DNA of 32,000 nucleotides from Nostoc sp. PCC 7120 = FACHB-418 (GTDB lineage: Bacteria; Cyanobacteriota; Cyanobacteriia; Cyanobacteriales; Nostocaceae), in contig NC_003272.1 of the NCBI RefSeq assembly GCF_000009705.1, positions 2,820,001 to 2,852,000 on the forward strand, given 5' to 3'. Within the stretch, counting starts at the first letter, position 1. Every line of letters starts with the position of its first letter. The translations under genes and the position numbers were made by a program. Under the pieces are notes generated by a model that saw nothing but the letters and a program-made list of their open reading frames with translations, was not told the origin of the DNA and ran no database searches. Below, piece after piece: positions 9,448-18,332 of this stretch.

Positions 9448-10281
9448 TCACGGTAGCCAAGGAAAGTCTCGAAAATTTGGTGGACGTTTTTCCAAAAAAG
9501 CTTGTTTACCTTCAGCACCTTCTTCTGTCATGTAATAAAGTAAGGTGGCATTACCAGCTAGTTCTTGTAAACCTGCTTGTCCATCACAATCAGCATTAAA
9601 GGCTGCTTTGAGACAGCGAATGGCAATAGGGCTTTTTTCTAAAATTTCTCCAGCCCATTTAATTCCTTCTGCTTCTAGTTGCTCTATCGGCACAACGCAA
9701 TTTACTAAACCCATTTCTAAAGCTTGTTGAGCATCATATTGACGACAGAGAAACCAAATTTCTCGTGCTTTTTTCTGTCCGACAATCCGGGCGAGATAGC
9801 TAGCGCCAAAACCACCATCAAAACTGCCCACTTTGGGGCCAGTCTGCCCAAAAATAGCATTATCAGCAGCGATCGTGAGGTCACAAATTAAGTGTAGGAC
9901 GTGTCCACCACCGATCGCATATCCAGCTACTAAGGCAATTACCACTTTTGGCATGGAACGAATCAGGCGTTGTAAATCCAGCACATTTAATCGGGGAATG
10001 CCAGCATCATCTACATAGCCAGCTTGCCCCCGCACGCTTTGGTCTCCACCTGAACAGAAGGCATATTTACCATCAGTATGGGGGCCAGCACCAGTAAAGA
10101 GAACTACGCCAATACTCGTATCTTCACGAGCATCACAGAAAGCGTCATACAGTTCAAAAACAGTTTTGGGACGAAAAGCATTGCGTTTGTGAGGACGGTT
10201 GATGGTAATTTTAGCCATACCATCAGCTTTGTCATAAAGGATGTCTTCGTAGGTTTTGGTAGATTGCCAATCGATTTGCAT
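9448..10281 (-). CDS. menB: 1,4-dihydroxy-2-naphthoyl-CoA synthase (phylloquinone pathway)
   Basis: 277-aa crotonase-fold protein. It has the MenB-typical [24 protein letters not shown] and [11 protein letters not shown] blocks and a C-terminal KRPPNF tail. Confidence 0.93.
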   Translation of the reverse strand: MQIDWQSTKTYEDILYDKADGMAKITINRPHKRNAFRPKTVFELYDAFCDAREDTSIGVVLFTGAGPHTDGKYAFCSGGDQSVRGQAGYVDDAGIPRLNVLDLQRLIRSMPKVVIALVAGYAIGGGHVLHLICDLTIAADNAIFGQTGPKVGSFDGGFGASYLARIVGQKKAREIWFLCRQYDAQQALEMGLVNCVVPIEQLEAEGIKWAGEILEKSPIAIRCLKAAFNADCDGQAGLQELAGNATLLYYMTEEGAEGKQAFLEKRPPNFRDFPWLP

Positions 10282-10329
10282 GGGAATTATAGCTGTTGTG
10301 CTTGAGAATTTTATCGCAGAGGTGGGGAG

Positions 10330-10742
10330 TTGCGATCGCTAATATTTAGCACCCCAGTCCAGCAACAGCAGGTAGACATCCTGTCATCACGAGCGATAAT
10401 AGATTTAGTGACTACAATCATGGTCTACAAATTTGCTACCTTAAGTCGAGAGGAAATTGAAGCGATGCTGGGACTAAAGTTGGAAGAAACAAGAGTTTAT
10501 AGAGAAGCGAAACAAGAAGGACGAGGCGAAGGAAGACAAGAGGGACGGGAAGAGGGACGGAAGAGGCGCGATCGCTTATTCTCCGACAATTAAACAAACG
10601 AGTAGGTGCAATTCCCGATGAACAGCAACGCCAGATTGAGATCTTATCCCTAGAACATTTAGAAGCTTTAGCTGAGGCTTTGTTCGATTTCTCGACTATC
10701 GCCGATTTGGTAGGGTGGTTGCAAAATCAAGCTACAAGATAA
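10330..10742 (+). pseudogene. C-terminal remnant of an Rpn/PD-(D/E)XK putative-transposase family gene (DUF4351-type tail), frameshifted and missing the nuclease domain
   Basis: Frame A gives ..VYKFATLSREEIEAMLGLKLEETRVYREAKQEGRGEGRQEGR... After a shift inside the GA-rich EGR repeat (about 10540-10565), frame B continues EARSLILRQLNKRVGAIPDEQQRQIEILSLEHLEALAEALFDFSTIADLVGWLQNQ, with stop at 10740-10742. Only 48 bp separate it from the menB start, leaving no room for an N-terminal domain. Confidence 0.7.
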
Positions 10743-10756
10743 TTGGGAATGACAAA

Positions 10757-12373
10757 TTAACTATATCCATCCCAGGAATTGGGGAAGGTGTAATCAGAAA
10801 ACAGGGGAAACTGTTTATTATTAACGCGGGTTTCCTCATCCAAAACTTTGACAACTTTGTTGTAGATATCTTCTGCTTGTTGGGGAGAATCACCAATGCT
10901 AGTTAATCCTAACTTGCCAAACTGAGACAGACAACCCATCAGGTGAAACACCGTCCCAGTTTCCGTGCAGCTATCGAAGTGCAATCTATGATGGGCGATG
11001 ATATCCATTAAATCGTTGGGTAATAATCCACGATAGCGGTCTTTTTGTAGGTTGTCTGTAGCGATGTAGTATTTGGGGCGACCTTGTTGACTATAAAATA
11101 AACCAGTCGATAGCTCATAACGACCGTTAGTCAATAATTTTAAGGTCATGAAAGGATGGGTTGTCCCACCTTTGCGGAGATTAATTTCAATTGCTTGAAT
11201 ATCCCATTGACCGTTACCTTGGTCAACGGTGATAAAATCTACACCAAATCTTTCTAAAGCTCCTTTTTCTGCCAGCTTTCTGCCGACTTGCAAACCTAAC
11301 TGTTGTAATTGCAAACGATAGCGTTCATCAGCCGGGAAGCTACAACCCAAATAAATTTGACCGTCTGGGCCGCCAAGGATTTGGTCGTGAGTTGAGAGAA
11401 TTTCTACTTCACCGGTGGGAGTGATCCGTCCTTGCACACTAGGCGATCGCTTAATTTCCCCTTCCACAAATGCTTCAACAATTGCCCCTAGTTCGGTAAT
11501 TCGTCCCGAAAAGTTTTGCCAATTTTCTTGCTTGGCTTGAAAGCGCAAAGAAGAAAAGCGATCGCTAATTGCTGCTACTCTTTCTGCTGTCGATCCTTGT
11601 CCTGGCGCAACATTCATAATTGGCTGCAAGTCTAACAAGGCGTTTCCTTCTCCAGAAATCCCTTCATTTAATTTGACTACCATCCGTTTTAAGGAAGGTT
11701 CACGTTCCCACAAATCACTAGCCACTACTGCTAAATCTTTATAGTGCCAAACCAGTTCACTCCCATCAGGATGGGGTACACCACTTTCTGCAAAGATTTG
11801 CCGGCTACCGCTTTTTGTCCCCCAAATCTGCAAATCTGGTGCAGCAGCATACAATGGTACATTTAATTTGAGTGATAATTCTGCTTCTAAATCTGTCGAG
11901 TTGTAGCAAATTATAAATGATTTTTCTAACCTCAAGGCTTGCCGAATTCTTTCCATTAAACGGGGACGTTCTAAGATTTTTTGACTTAGAGGTTTAGGAG
12001 AAGAATCATAAGTCGAAAGCAGTAGCAAGCGATTACGCGCATGAGAAAATGGAATACCTGGCAAAAGTTGCAAATAATAATCGATAATGCTGGGATGTAA
12101 TGGAGTTGATGTTACATAAATCAATCTAGTACGGGGATTTCGTAACCGCATCAAAGAAAAAAGTAATCTTTCTTCATAATGTTCGCAACCTTCAACTTTT
12201 TGAATTTCGCGCTGGTCAATACTTAAGGAAGGAATAACGACAATATCCGCCTCACCAGTATCAAATTGCTCGATAGTTTTCCAGCGATCGCGTAAAGTAC
12301 ATTGCAGACTACGAAACTGATCAACTGATTCTAATTCTGTATGATTTAGCGTTACCATAGTCCCTGCCCCCAT
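10757..12373 (-). CDS. ATP-grasp-type carboxylate-amine ligase family protein, substrate unknown (538 aa; alternative ATG at 12358)
   Basis: Long ORF with an IEINLRKGGTTHP block resembling the Mg/ATP-binding E-x-N loop of ATP-grasp enzymes. The N-terminal half resembles pre-ATP-grasp modules. Confidence 0.7.
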   Translation of the reverse strand: MGAGTMVTLNHTELESVDQFRSLQCTLRDRWKTIEQFDTGEADIVVIPSLSIDQREIQKVEGCEHYEERLLFSLMRLRNPRTRLIYVTSTPLHPSIIDYYLQLLPGIPFSHARNRLLLLSTYDSSPKPLSQKILERPRLMERIRQALRLEKSFIICYNSTDLEAELSLKLNVPLYAAAPDLQIWGTKSGSRQIFAESGVPHPDGSELVWHYKDLAVVASDLWEREPSLKRMVVKLNEGISGEGNALLDLQPIMNVAPGQGSTAERVAAISDRFSSLRFQAKQENWQNFSGRITELGAIVEAFVEGEIKRSPSVQGRITPTGEVEILSTHDQILGGPDGQIYLGCSFPADERYRLQLQQLGLQVGRKLAEKGALERFGVDFITVDQGNGQWDIQAIEINLRKGGTTHPFMTLKLLTNGRYELSTGLFYSQQGRPKYYIATDNLQKDRYRGLLPNDLMDIIAHHRLHFDSCTETGTVFHLMGCLSQFGKLGLTSIGDSPQQAEDIYNKVVKVLDEETRVNNKQFPLFSDYTFPNSWDGYS

Positions 12374-12835
12374 TTGCTCCCCAATACTGCCTGATTATTC
12401 TTATATATCCTAAAGAAAGTCATATATAGCTGTTATGCAATAGTTCTTGACTGTATCTACTGCCGTAATAGTAGGTATGATTGCCCTTGATTGGCTATGC
12501 CTCAAAAGTAGGAAAATTTCTGATACTTAGCGATTATTTTACATATTTAAGAGTCCAGGAGTCAGTATTTAGAATCCAGAACTCAGGAAAATCATTGAGT
12601 CATGATAAATATTATTTGATTAAAAGCATGAAGCTGGAATATCAAAGACTCAATTTATTTTGGCTTAAAGATTATTGATGCTGAAGTCTGGCAATAAGAA
12701 TATCAAAATACTATCCATGCTGACTTCTAGATGTTGAACACTTGATTAAAACATAAAGTCCCTAAATACTACTGGAATTTAGATGCAATTGTGCAAGCAA
12801 TTAAGAATTATCCTCTTTCTAAATGTATAGAGATG

Positions 12836-12853
12836 TTGCACAAATGTGTGCAA
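12836..12853. promoter_or_regulatory. Perfect 18-bp palindrome TTGCACA-AATG-TGTGCAA, a candidate operator upstream of the PRK-like gene
   Basis: Read directly, 85-102 nt upstream of the ATG at 12938. A related AATTG-N6-CAATT element sits at about 12787-12802, and TTGACA at 12863-12868. Confidence 0.3.
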
Positions 12854-12937
12854 TTAAATGACTTGACACAATCCCTTCTAAAATAAAAAAACATTCTCTG
12901 CAAAATTTATTACTATAGTTACTTGTATCGGGGGGAT

Positions 12938-13879
12938 ATGATGAGCCGTCCAATAATTCTTGGTATTGTTGGTGATAGTGCTGCTGGCAAAACTACACTA
13001 ACTAGGGGCATTGCTCAGGTACTGGGGCCAGAAAATGTCACACTCATCTGCACAGATGATTATCATCGGTACGATCGCCAACAACGTGCAGAAATAGGAA
13101 TTACCGCTCTCCACCCCGATTGTAACCATTTGGATATTATGCAGCAGCATCTATCGCTGCTACGCACAGGACAACCAATTCTTAAACCAGTTTATAGTCA
13201 CAAAACCGGAAGTTTTGAGCCGCCCCAATATATAAAACCCAACAAATTCGTTATTATCGAGGGATTACTTGGTTATTCTACTCGCGCCGCCCGTGACTGT
13301 TACGATGTGAAAGTTTACCTCGCTCCTCCAGAGAACCTCCGTGCTAAATGGAAAGTTAAACGCGACACGCAAAAACGCGGCTACACTCCCGAACAAGTTT
13401 TAGCAGAACTAGAGAAGCGCGAACCAGATTCAGAACAATTTATTCGTCCCCAAAGACAATGGTCTGATATTGTTGTCAGTTTCTATCCACCTCATGAGGA
13501 TGGAGATGAAACCAACGGACATCTCAACGTGCGTTTAGTATTGCGTCCTACTATTCCCCACCCAGACTTTACTTCCATTATTAATTTGACTAATGGTAGT
13601 TCTGTGTCAGCTATTCGCCTGGGATTGGACAGAGATATGAGTAAACCAGTTGATGTGTTAGAAGTTGACGGTCACGCCACCTTAGAACAGGTAAACAAAT
13701 TAGAGCATATTCTCTGTTCTGATATGCCTTACTTGAGTAGTGTATGCGATCGCGAAAGTAACCCAGAACTCGGCAAGATTGCTGGGACAACTGGCGAAAC
13801 ACTACAAAGTTACCCCCTTGCCCTGACTCAGTTAATCATCACCTACCATATGCTCAAGGCAACGCAAATTTATCAATAA
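12938..13879 (+). CDS. Phosphoribulokinase/uridine kinase family P-loop kinase (PRK-like paralog, about 313 aa)
   Basis: P-loop GDSAAGKTT, the TLICTDDYHRYDR block, IIEGLLGY, and a C-terminal VLEVDGHATLEQVNKLEHIL block parallel to class II PRK. The TTG at 12923 is replaced by the ATG at 12938. Confidence 0.8.
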   Translation: MMSRPIILGIVGDSAAGKTTLTRGIAQVLGPENVTLICTDDYHRYDRQQRAEIGITALHPDCNHLDIMQQHLSLLRTGQPILKPVYSHKTGSFEPPQYIKPNKFVIIEGLLGYSTRAARDCYDVKVYLAPPENLRAKWKVKRDTQKRGYTPEQVLAELEKREPDSEQFIRPQRQWSDIVVSFYPPHEDGDETNGHLNVRLVLRPTIPHPDFTSIINLTNGSSVSAIRLGLDRDMSKPVDVLEVDGHATLEQVNKLEHILCSDMPYLSSVCDRESNPELGKIAGTTGETLQSYPLALTQLIITYHMLKATQIYQ

Positions 13880-14048
13880 AAATCTTTGATTTTCATGGTT
13901 GACTGTTCACAGTTCGCGGTCAACAACTTTAAAAGACAAAAAGGAAAAGCAAAAATTAAAAATTTTCTCAAGCTAGGGCAATTGTGAACGTAAACAAGGG
14001 ATAACTAAAGATAGTTGCATCTACAGTGACTATTTTGTCAGTTATCCT

Positions 14049-14780
14049 ATGACCTACTGCCTGAGAATTGCTGATATACCCACAAATGAGCGTCCCCGTG
14101 AACGGTTAATGACCCACGGGCCAAAAGTTTTAGCCACAGCCGAATTAATCGCAATTCTTTTAGGCACTGGTCAAGGGCCTGGCAAACTCTCAGCCGTCGG
14201 TTTAGGGCAATATCTGTTGCAGGAGTTGGGTAAAAATCAGCGTGACCCATTGGCAGTTTTGCGAGAAGTTACTCCGGCTGAGTTAATGCAAATACCTGGA
14301 ATTGGGCCAGCAAAGGCCACAAGTATATTAGCGGCGGTTGAATTGGGTAAACGCACCTTTCAATTCCGTCCCTTAGATAAAACACCAATTGATAGTCCCG
14401 TGGCTGCGGTGGCGGCGCTGAGTCAAGATTTGATGTGGCAGAATCAAGAACGCTTTGCCGTATTATTATTAGATGTTAAAAATCGCTTACTGGGAACACA
14501 GGTAATTACCATTGGCACAGCTACAGAAACTTTAGCTTCTCCGCGCGAAATTTTTCGAGAAATCATCCGCCAAGGTGCAACACGCACTATCGTTGCCCAC
14601 AATCACCCTTCAGGTAACGTGGAACCCAGCCCAGAAGATATAGAATTGACGCGCCAATTATTAGCAGGAGCGCAACTTTTAGGGATTCCCTTGTTAGATC
14701 ATTTGATTTTGGGCAATGGTAATCATCAAAGTTTACGGGAAATTACCACCTTGTGGAACGACTATCCTCAAGGTGATTAA
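14049..14780 (+). CDS. radC: RadC-family JAB/MPN domain protein
   Basis: N-terminal ERPRERL and helix-hairpin-helix region (IPGIGPAKA). C-terminal JAMM motif [18 protein letters not shown]. Confidence 0.9.
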   Translation: MTYCLRIADIPTNERPRERLMTHGPKVLATAELIAILLGTGQGPGKLSAVGLGQYLLQELGKNQRDPLAVLREVTPAELMQIPGIGPAKATSILAAVELGKRTFQFRPLDKTPIDSPVAAVAALSQDLMWQNQERFAVLLLDVKNRLLGTQVITIGTATETLASPREIFREIIRQGATRTIVAHNHPSGNVEPSPEDIELTRQLLAGAQLLGIPLLDHLILGNGNHQSLREITTLWNDYPQGD

Positions 14781-14829
14781 ATCCAAAAATCAAATAGATG
14801 TCGTAACGATAATATTGAAGTTTGAATTG

Positions 14830-15870
14830 TTACTTACGAACTGTAACTGGTGGATTACCCCAAATACTAATCCTGCCGTCAAATCCTCCACTGGCAAGAG
14901 TTTTACCATCTGGACTAAAAGCGATCGCACTTACCCAATCACTATGTCCAATCAGTGTATTTAATAACTCACCCGTCGATAAATCCCAGAGTTTAATTCC
15001 ATCTCTACCAGCACTAGCCAGAGTTTTACCATCGCGGTTAATAGCGATCGCATTTACCCAATTATTATGACCTGTGAGAGTGCGGCTGAGTTTTTCGGAT
15101 GGGATATGCCAAACTTTAATAGTGCGATCGCTACTGCAACTAATTAAATTTTGTCCATCGGGTGTGAAGGTAATATCCGTAACTGTACCAGAATGGGCTG
15201 TAAACTCCCGGATTAATTTACCTGTACTTAAGTTCCACAGTTTAATTACACCTTTTGTGTCGCCGCTAGCTAGAGTTTGACCGTCAGAACTCATTGCCAG
15301 GGTATCAATTCTATTATCAAAGCGCACTAAAGTAGATAATGGACGTTGTTGGAGCAAATCCCACACCCGAATCCCATCTAAAGCGCCACTAACAAGAACT
15401 TTACCATCTGAAGATACAGCTAAGGACATGACACTAGCGGTATGTCCTACAAAAGAGCGCGTAAATTGATTATTTTTAAGATTCCACAGATTAATAATAT
15501 TGTCACTGCCGGAACTGGCTAAAGTTTGTCCATCAGGGGAAATCACTAAAGACTCCACCGCATTTTTTTGGGCTTTGTTGATAGTTCCTACTCTTTTACC
15601 AGTTGTTGAGTTCCACAGCCGAATAATGCCATCATTATAAGCCCCTCCACTGACAATAGTCCGACTATCTGGGCTAAAAGTTAAGGATTTTACCCTCCCT
15701 GAATGGGCGTTGAGGCTATGTAGGAGGCTGGGATTGGTAAATCCTTCTATAGGTTGCGGATTTGGTATCACTTGCACCGTATCCGCCGCACTTACCCTTA
15801 GCCCTTGCCCTGGATTCACAGGCAGAACTATAACCCCCATAAATAGTAATATCAAGTATGGCCGTACCAT
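14830..15870 (-). CDS. Seven-bladed WD40 repeat protein with N-terminal signal-peptide-like segment
   Basis: Seven repeats of the type GHxxxVxxxAxSPDGKTLASGxxDGxIKLW. ATG at 15870 (MVRPYLILLFMGVIVLP) lies 9 nt after GGAGGG. The GTG at 15903 is probably an over-extension. Confidence 0.85.
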   Translation of the reverse strand: MVRPYLILLFMGVIVLPVNPGQGLRVSAADTVQVIPNPQPIEGFTNPSLLHSLNAHSGRVKSLTFSPDSRTIVSGGAYNDGIIRLWNSTTGKRVGTINKAQKNAVESLVISPDGQTLASSGSDNIINLWNLKNNQFTRSFVGHTASVMSLAVSSDGKVLVSGALDGIRVWDLLQQRPLSTLVRFDNRIDTLAMSSDGQTLASGDTKGVIKLWNLSTGKLIREFTAHSGTVTDITFTPDGQNLISCSSDRTIKVWHIPSEKLSRTLTGHNNWVNAIAINRDGKTLASAGRDGIKLWDLSTGELLNTLIGHSDWVSAIAFSPDGKTLASGGFDGRISIWGNPPVTVRK

Positions 15871-15983
15871 TGAGTACGTCCCTCCTCTTCGCTCACTCCT
15901 CACTGTTTTTCCTCACCTGGCTTAAATACAACTAATCAACTGATAGTCGAGTGCATACTCAACACTCATTAACTCAGTACTCC

Positions 15984-16280
15984 CTAATACGGTGGTTTTT
16001 TCTTCTGCACACTCAGCATCGGCAGAGTCGGACTAGACGAGCGAGGGGGCAAGTAATGTTGTACTACAGGCTCTTCTATAACAGGAGAGCGCTGCTGACT
16101 ACTACGCCACAACTTAAAAGCGAGGCTGACACCTGCTGTTCCCAAACCAACAGCAAATAATGACCAGCTATCATCTAACCCACCAATTAGCGCATCTACC
16201 ACACCCATTGTGATCAACACACTAATGACTGGTTCTTTTCTGTAGGCTGACTTCAAAAAACGAGGTAATACAACGTTCAT
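15984..16280 (-). CDS. Small membrane protein of unknown function (98 aa), probably co-transcribed with the WD40 gene
   Basis: ORF with two hydrophobic segments (VISVLITMGVVDALIGG, LFAVGLGTAGVSLAF). Same strand as the WD40 gene and 80 nt upstream of it. Confidence 0.55.
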   Translation of the reverse strand: MNVVLPRFLKSAYRKEPVISVLITMGVVDALIGGLDDSWSLFAVGLGTAGVSLAFKLWRSSQQRSPVIEEPVVQHYLPPRSSSPTLPMLSVQKKKPPY

Positions 16281-16531
16281 CACAGCTTGGTTTTTCCAGA
16301 TAACCTTTTGTGTAAATTTACCAAGAATACCTTACCGGAGAATTACTATCCTGAATAAAAGGCATCTTTAAGTAAAGATTATAATTTTTTCAGTGGGGTT
16401 TCCGTGTAGTAATTCACTCCCTTACATGAAGACTTTGCAAGTTTTAAGATATTACTAACACTCTCCGGTGTGCCTCATAGTTATATCAGGCAAGTTGTAT
16501 GAGGTAGTTCACTATAAGTTAATAAAGTCAA

Positions 16532-16556
16532 AACCAGCTAGATGTTCCAGCTGGTT
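16532..16556 (-). terminator. Rho-independent terminator candidate downstream of hli
   Basis: The minus strand reads AACCAGCT-GGAACATCT-AGCTGGTT followed by TTGACTTTATT. It is an 8-bp stem about 117 nt after the hli stop. Confidence 0.5.
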
Positions 16557-16672
16557 CTAACTCTGCTAATTACTAGCTTACAACTTTAACATTGGTTTCA
16601 GTCGGGCAGGAGGTAAGAGGCTGGAGAGCAGGAGGTAAGGGAGAACAACTTTTCCCACCCCCCCACTCCACA

Positions 16673-16843
16673 TTACTTAAGTCCGAGCCAGGACAAGACA
16701 CCTTGATTGGTGGCATATTCGATGACTACCATCAAAAGAAAACCAATCATTGCAGCGCGACCATTCAAGCGTTCTGCATATTCATTGAAGCCAAATTTTG
16801 GCTCTTCTAGCTTGGGTGTAACTGTTGGCTGTGTTTGGGACAT
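16673..16843 (-). CDS. hli: High-light-inducible protein (HLIP, CAB/ELIP/HLIP family), 56 aa; absent from the supplied ORF track because it is under 60 aa
   Basis: My own translation of the minus strand gives MSQTQPTVTPKLEEPKFGFNEYAERLNGRAAMIGFLLMVVIEYATNQGVLSWLGLK. It contains the chlorophyll-binding E-x-x-N-G-R-x-A-M motif. An AAGAGG Shine-Dalgarno sits 8-9 nt before the ATG. Confidence 0.9.
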   Translation of the reverse strand: MSQTQPTVTPKLEEPKFGFNEYAERLNGRAAMIGFLLMVVIEYATNQGVLSWLGLK

Positions 16844-16965
16844 TTTGAAAAACCTCTTTTCGGCAAACGGGACTTAATAACGAGTTTTGAGCTAATTGCA
16901 AGGCGAAAACGCCAAGGTTAAGTCGAAAAATCTAGTAGCTTCTATTTCGGAAGCCACGCAATGAC

Positions 16966-16983
16966 TTTTTAACAAATTGTAAT
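16966..16983 (-). promoter_or_regulatory. HLR1-like direct repeat (ATTACAAT-TT-GTTAAAAA) upstream of hli
   Basis: Two mismatches to the (G/T)TTACA(T/A)(T/A)-N2-(G/T)TTACA(T/A)(T/A) consensus. Located 123-140 nt upstream of the hli ATG. Confidence 0.25.
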
Positions 16984-17151
16984 TAATCTTTATATATTGT
17001 AGAAGCACTGGGGCAATAGTCAAGGGTAAGAGCTTGCGGCTTAGATATTGGGATTGGGCAAACTAATGTTGTAGATAGATATCCACAATACGGAAGTGTC
17101 AGTCTGATACTGGCAGGCTAAATTAAACAAAAAATTTATCAGAGGCGTTAA

Positions 17152-18243
17152 ATGGAAATCGGCGTTCCTAAAGAAACTAAAGATCAAGAATTTCGTGTGG
17201 GGTTAAGTCCTGCTAGCGTGCGGGTGTTGAAGGAAAATGGTCATAGTATATTTGTTCAGACTCAAGCTGGTAGTGGTGCTGGGTTTACAGATGATGATTA
17301 TCGCAGTGTAGGGGCGGATATTGTCCCAACAGCAGAGGCAGTTTGGAGTCGAGAGTTAGTAGTCAAAGTTAAAGAACCACTGACGAGTGAGTACAACTTT
17401 TTACAGAAAGGGCAGATATTGTTTACTTATCTGCATTTAGCAGCCGATCGCAAATTAACAGAGCATTTAATTGATTGTGGCATTTGTGCGATCGCTTACG
17501 AAACCGTAGAACAACCAGGCGCTAACAGACTACCACTACTGACCCCCATGAGCATTATTGCCGGTCGGTTAGCAGTACAATTTGGCGCACGCTATTTAGA
17601 ACGCCAACAAGGTGGTAGAGGTGTACTGCTGGGTGGTGTTCCTGGAGTTAAACCAGGAAAAGTAGTTATTCTCGGTGGCGGTGTAGTTGGTACAGAAGCT
17701 GCCAGAATTGCCGTAGGTATGGGTGCAACCGTACAAATATTAGATGTAAATGTTGAACGTTTATCTTATTTAGAAACTTTGTTTGGTTCTAGAGTGGAAT
17801 TACTTTACAGCAGTTCTGCCCATATCGAAGCCGCAGTTAAAGAAGCAGATTTACTTGTTGGTGCTGTTTTGGTACTAGGACGCAGAGCGCCAATTCTAGT
17901 ATCTCGTGAATTAGTTAAACAAATGCACCCAGGTTCGGTAATAGTTGATGTGGCTGTAGATCAAGGTGGTTGTGTGGAAACCTTACACGCCACATCCCAC
18001 ACCAACCCAACATACCTTGAAGAGGGCGTAGTACATTACGGCGTTCCCAATATGCCAGGTGCAGTACCTTGGACAGCCACTCAAGCTCTTAACAACAGTA
18101 CATTGCCTTACGTTGTGCAGTTGGCAAATCAAGGACTCAAAGCGTTGGAAGTGAATCAAGTACTCGCCAAGGGTTTGAATGTGCAGAATCATCGCCTTGT
18201 ACACCCGGCTGTACAAGAGGTTTTTCCTGATTTAGTCCATTGA
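17152..18243 (+). CDS. ald: Alanine dehydrogenase
   Basis: 363 aa. [20 protein letters not shown] start and Rossmann motif [17 protein letters not shown], typical of AlaDH. Confidence 0.93.
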   Translation: MEIGVPKETKDQEFRVGLSPASVRVLKENGHSIFVQTQAGSGAGFTDDDYRSVGADIVPTAEAVWSRELVVKVKEPLTSEYNFLQKGQILFTYLHLAADRKLTEHLIDCGICAIAYETVEQPGANRLPLLTPMSIIAGRLAVQFGARYLERQQGGRGVLLGGVPGVKPGKVVILGGGVVGTEAARIAVGMGATVQILDVNVERLSYLETLFGSRVELLYSSSAHIEAAVKEADLLVGAVLVLGRRAPILVSRELVKQMHPGSVIVDVAVDQGGCVETLHATSHTNPTYLEEGVVHYGVPNMPGAVPWTATQALNNSTLPYVVQLANQGLKALEVNQVLAKGLNVQNHRLVHPAVQEVFPDLVH

Positions 18244-18249
18244 TTTTAG

Positions 18250-18326
18250 GGTAATTGGTAATTGGTAATTGGTAATTGAGAACAAATTCCTTGCCATTAC
18301 CCATTACCCATTCCCCATTCCCAATT
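18250..18326. repeat. STRR-type inverted heptamer arrays: (GGTAATT)x4, spacer, then CCATTAC CCATTAC CCATTCC CCATTCC; a long imperfect hairpin between convergent ald and phnE
   Basis: Read directly. Confidence 0.9.
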
Positions 18327-18332
18327 TACGTT

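Noticed and set aside
10500-10565. RGEGR-coding stretch checked as a possible PatS/HetN/PatX-like RGSGR inhibitor peptide near hetR
   Set aside because: It is part of the (EGR)n repeat of the decayed Rpn-family gene, not an RG(S/T)GR motif. A by-eye, non-exhaustive scan found no RGSGR/RGTGR-encoding small ORF in the window.
12481-12678. 65-aa TTG-initiated ORF in the ATP-grasp/PRK intergenic region
   Set aside because: Non-ATG start, very AT-rich, no Shine-Dalgarno and no motif. I also looked on the minus strand here for a precursor-peptide ORF for the ATP-grasp enzyme and found only trivial 17-23-codon frames.
16592-16810. 72-aa plus-strand ORF from the track
   Set aside because: It is antisense to the much better supported 56-aa HLIP gene (16673-16843).
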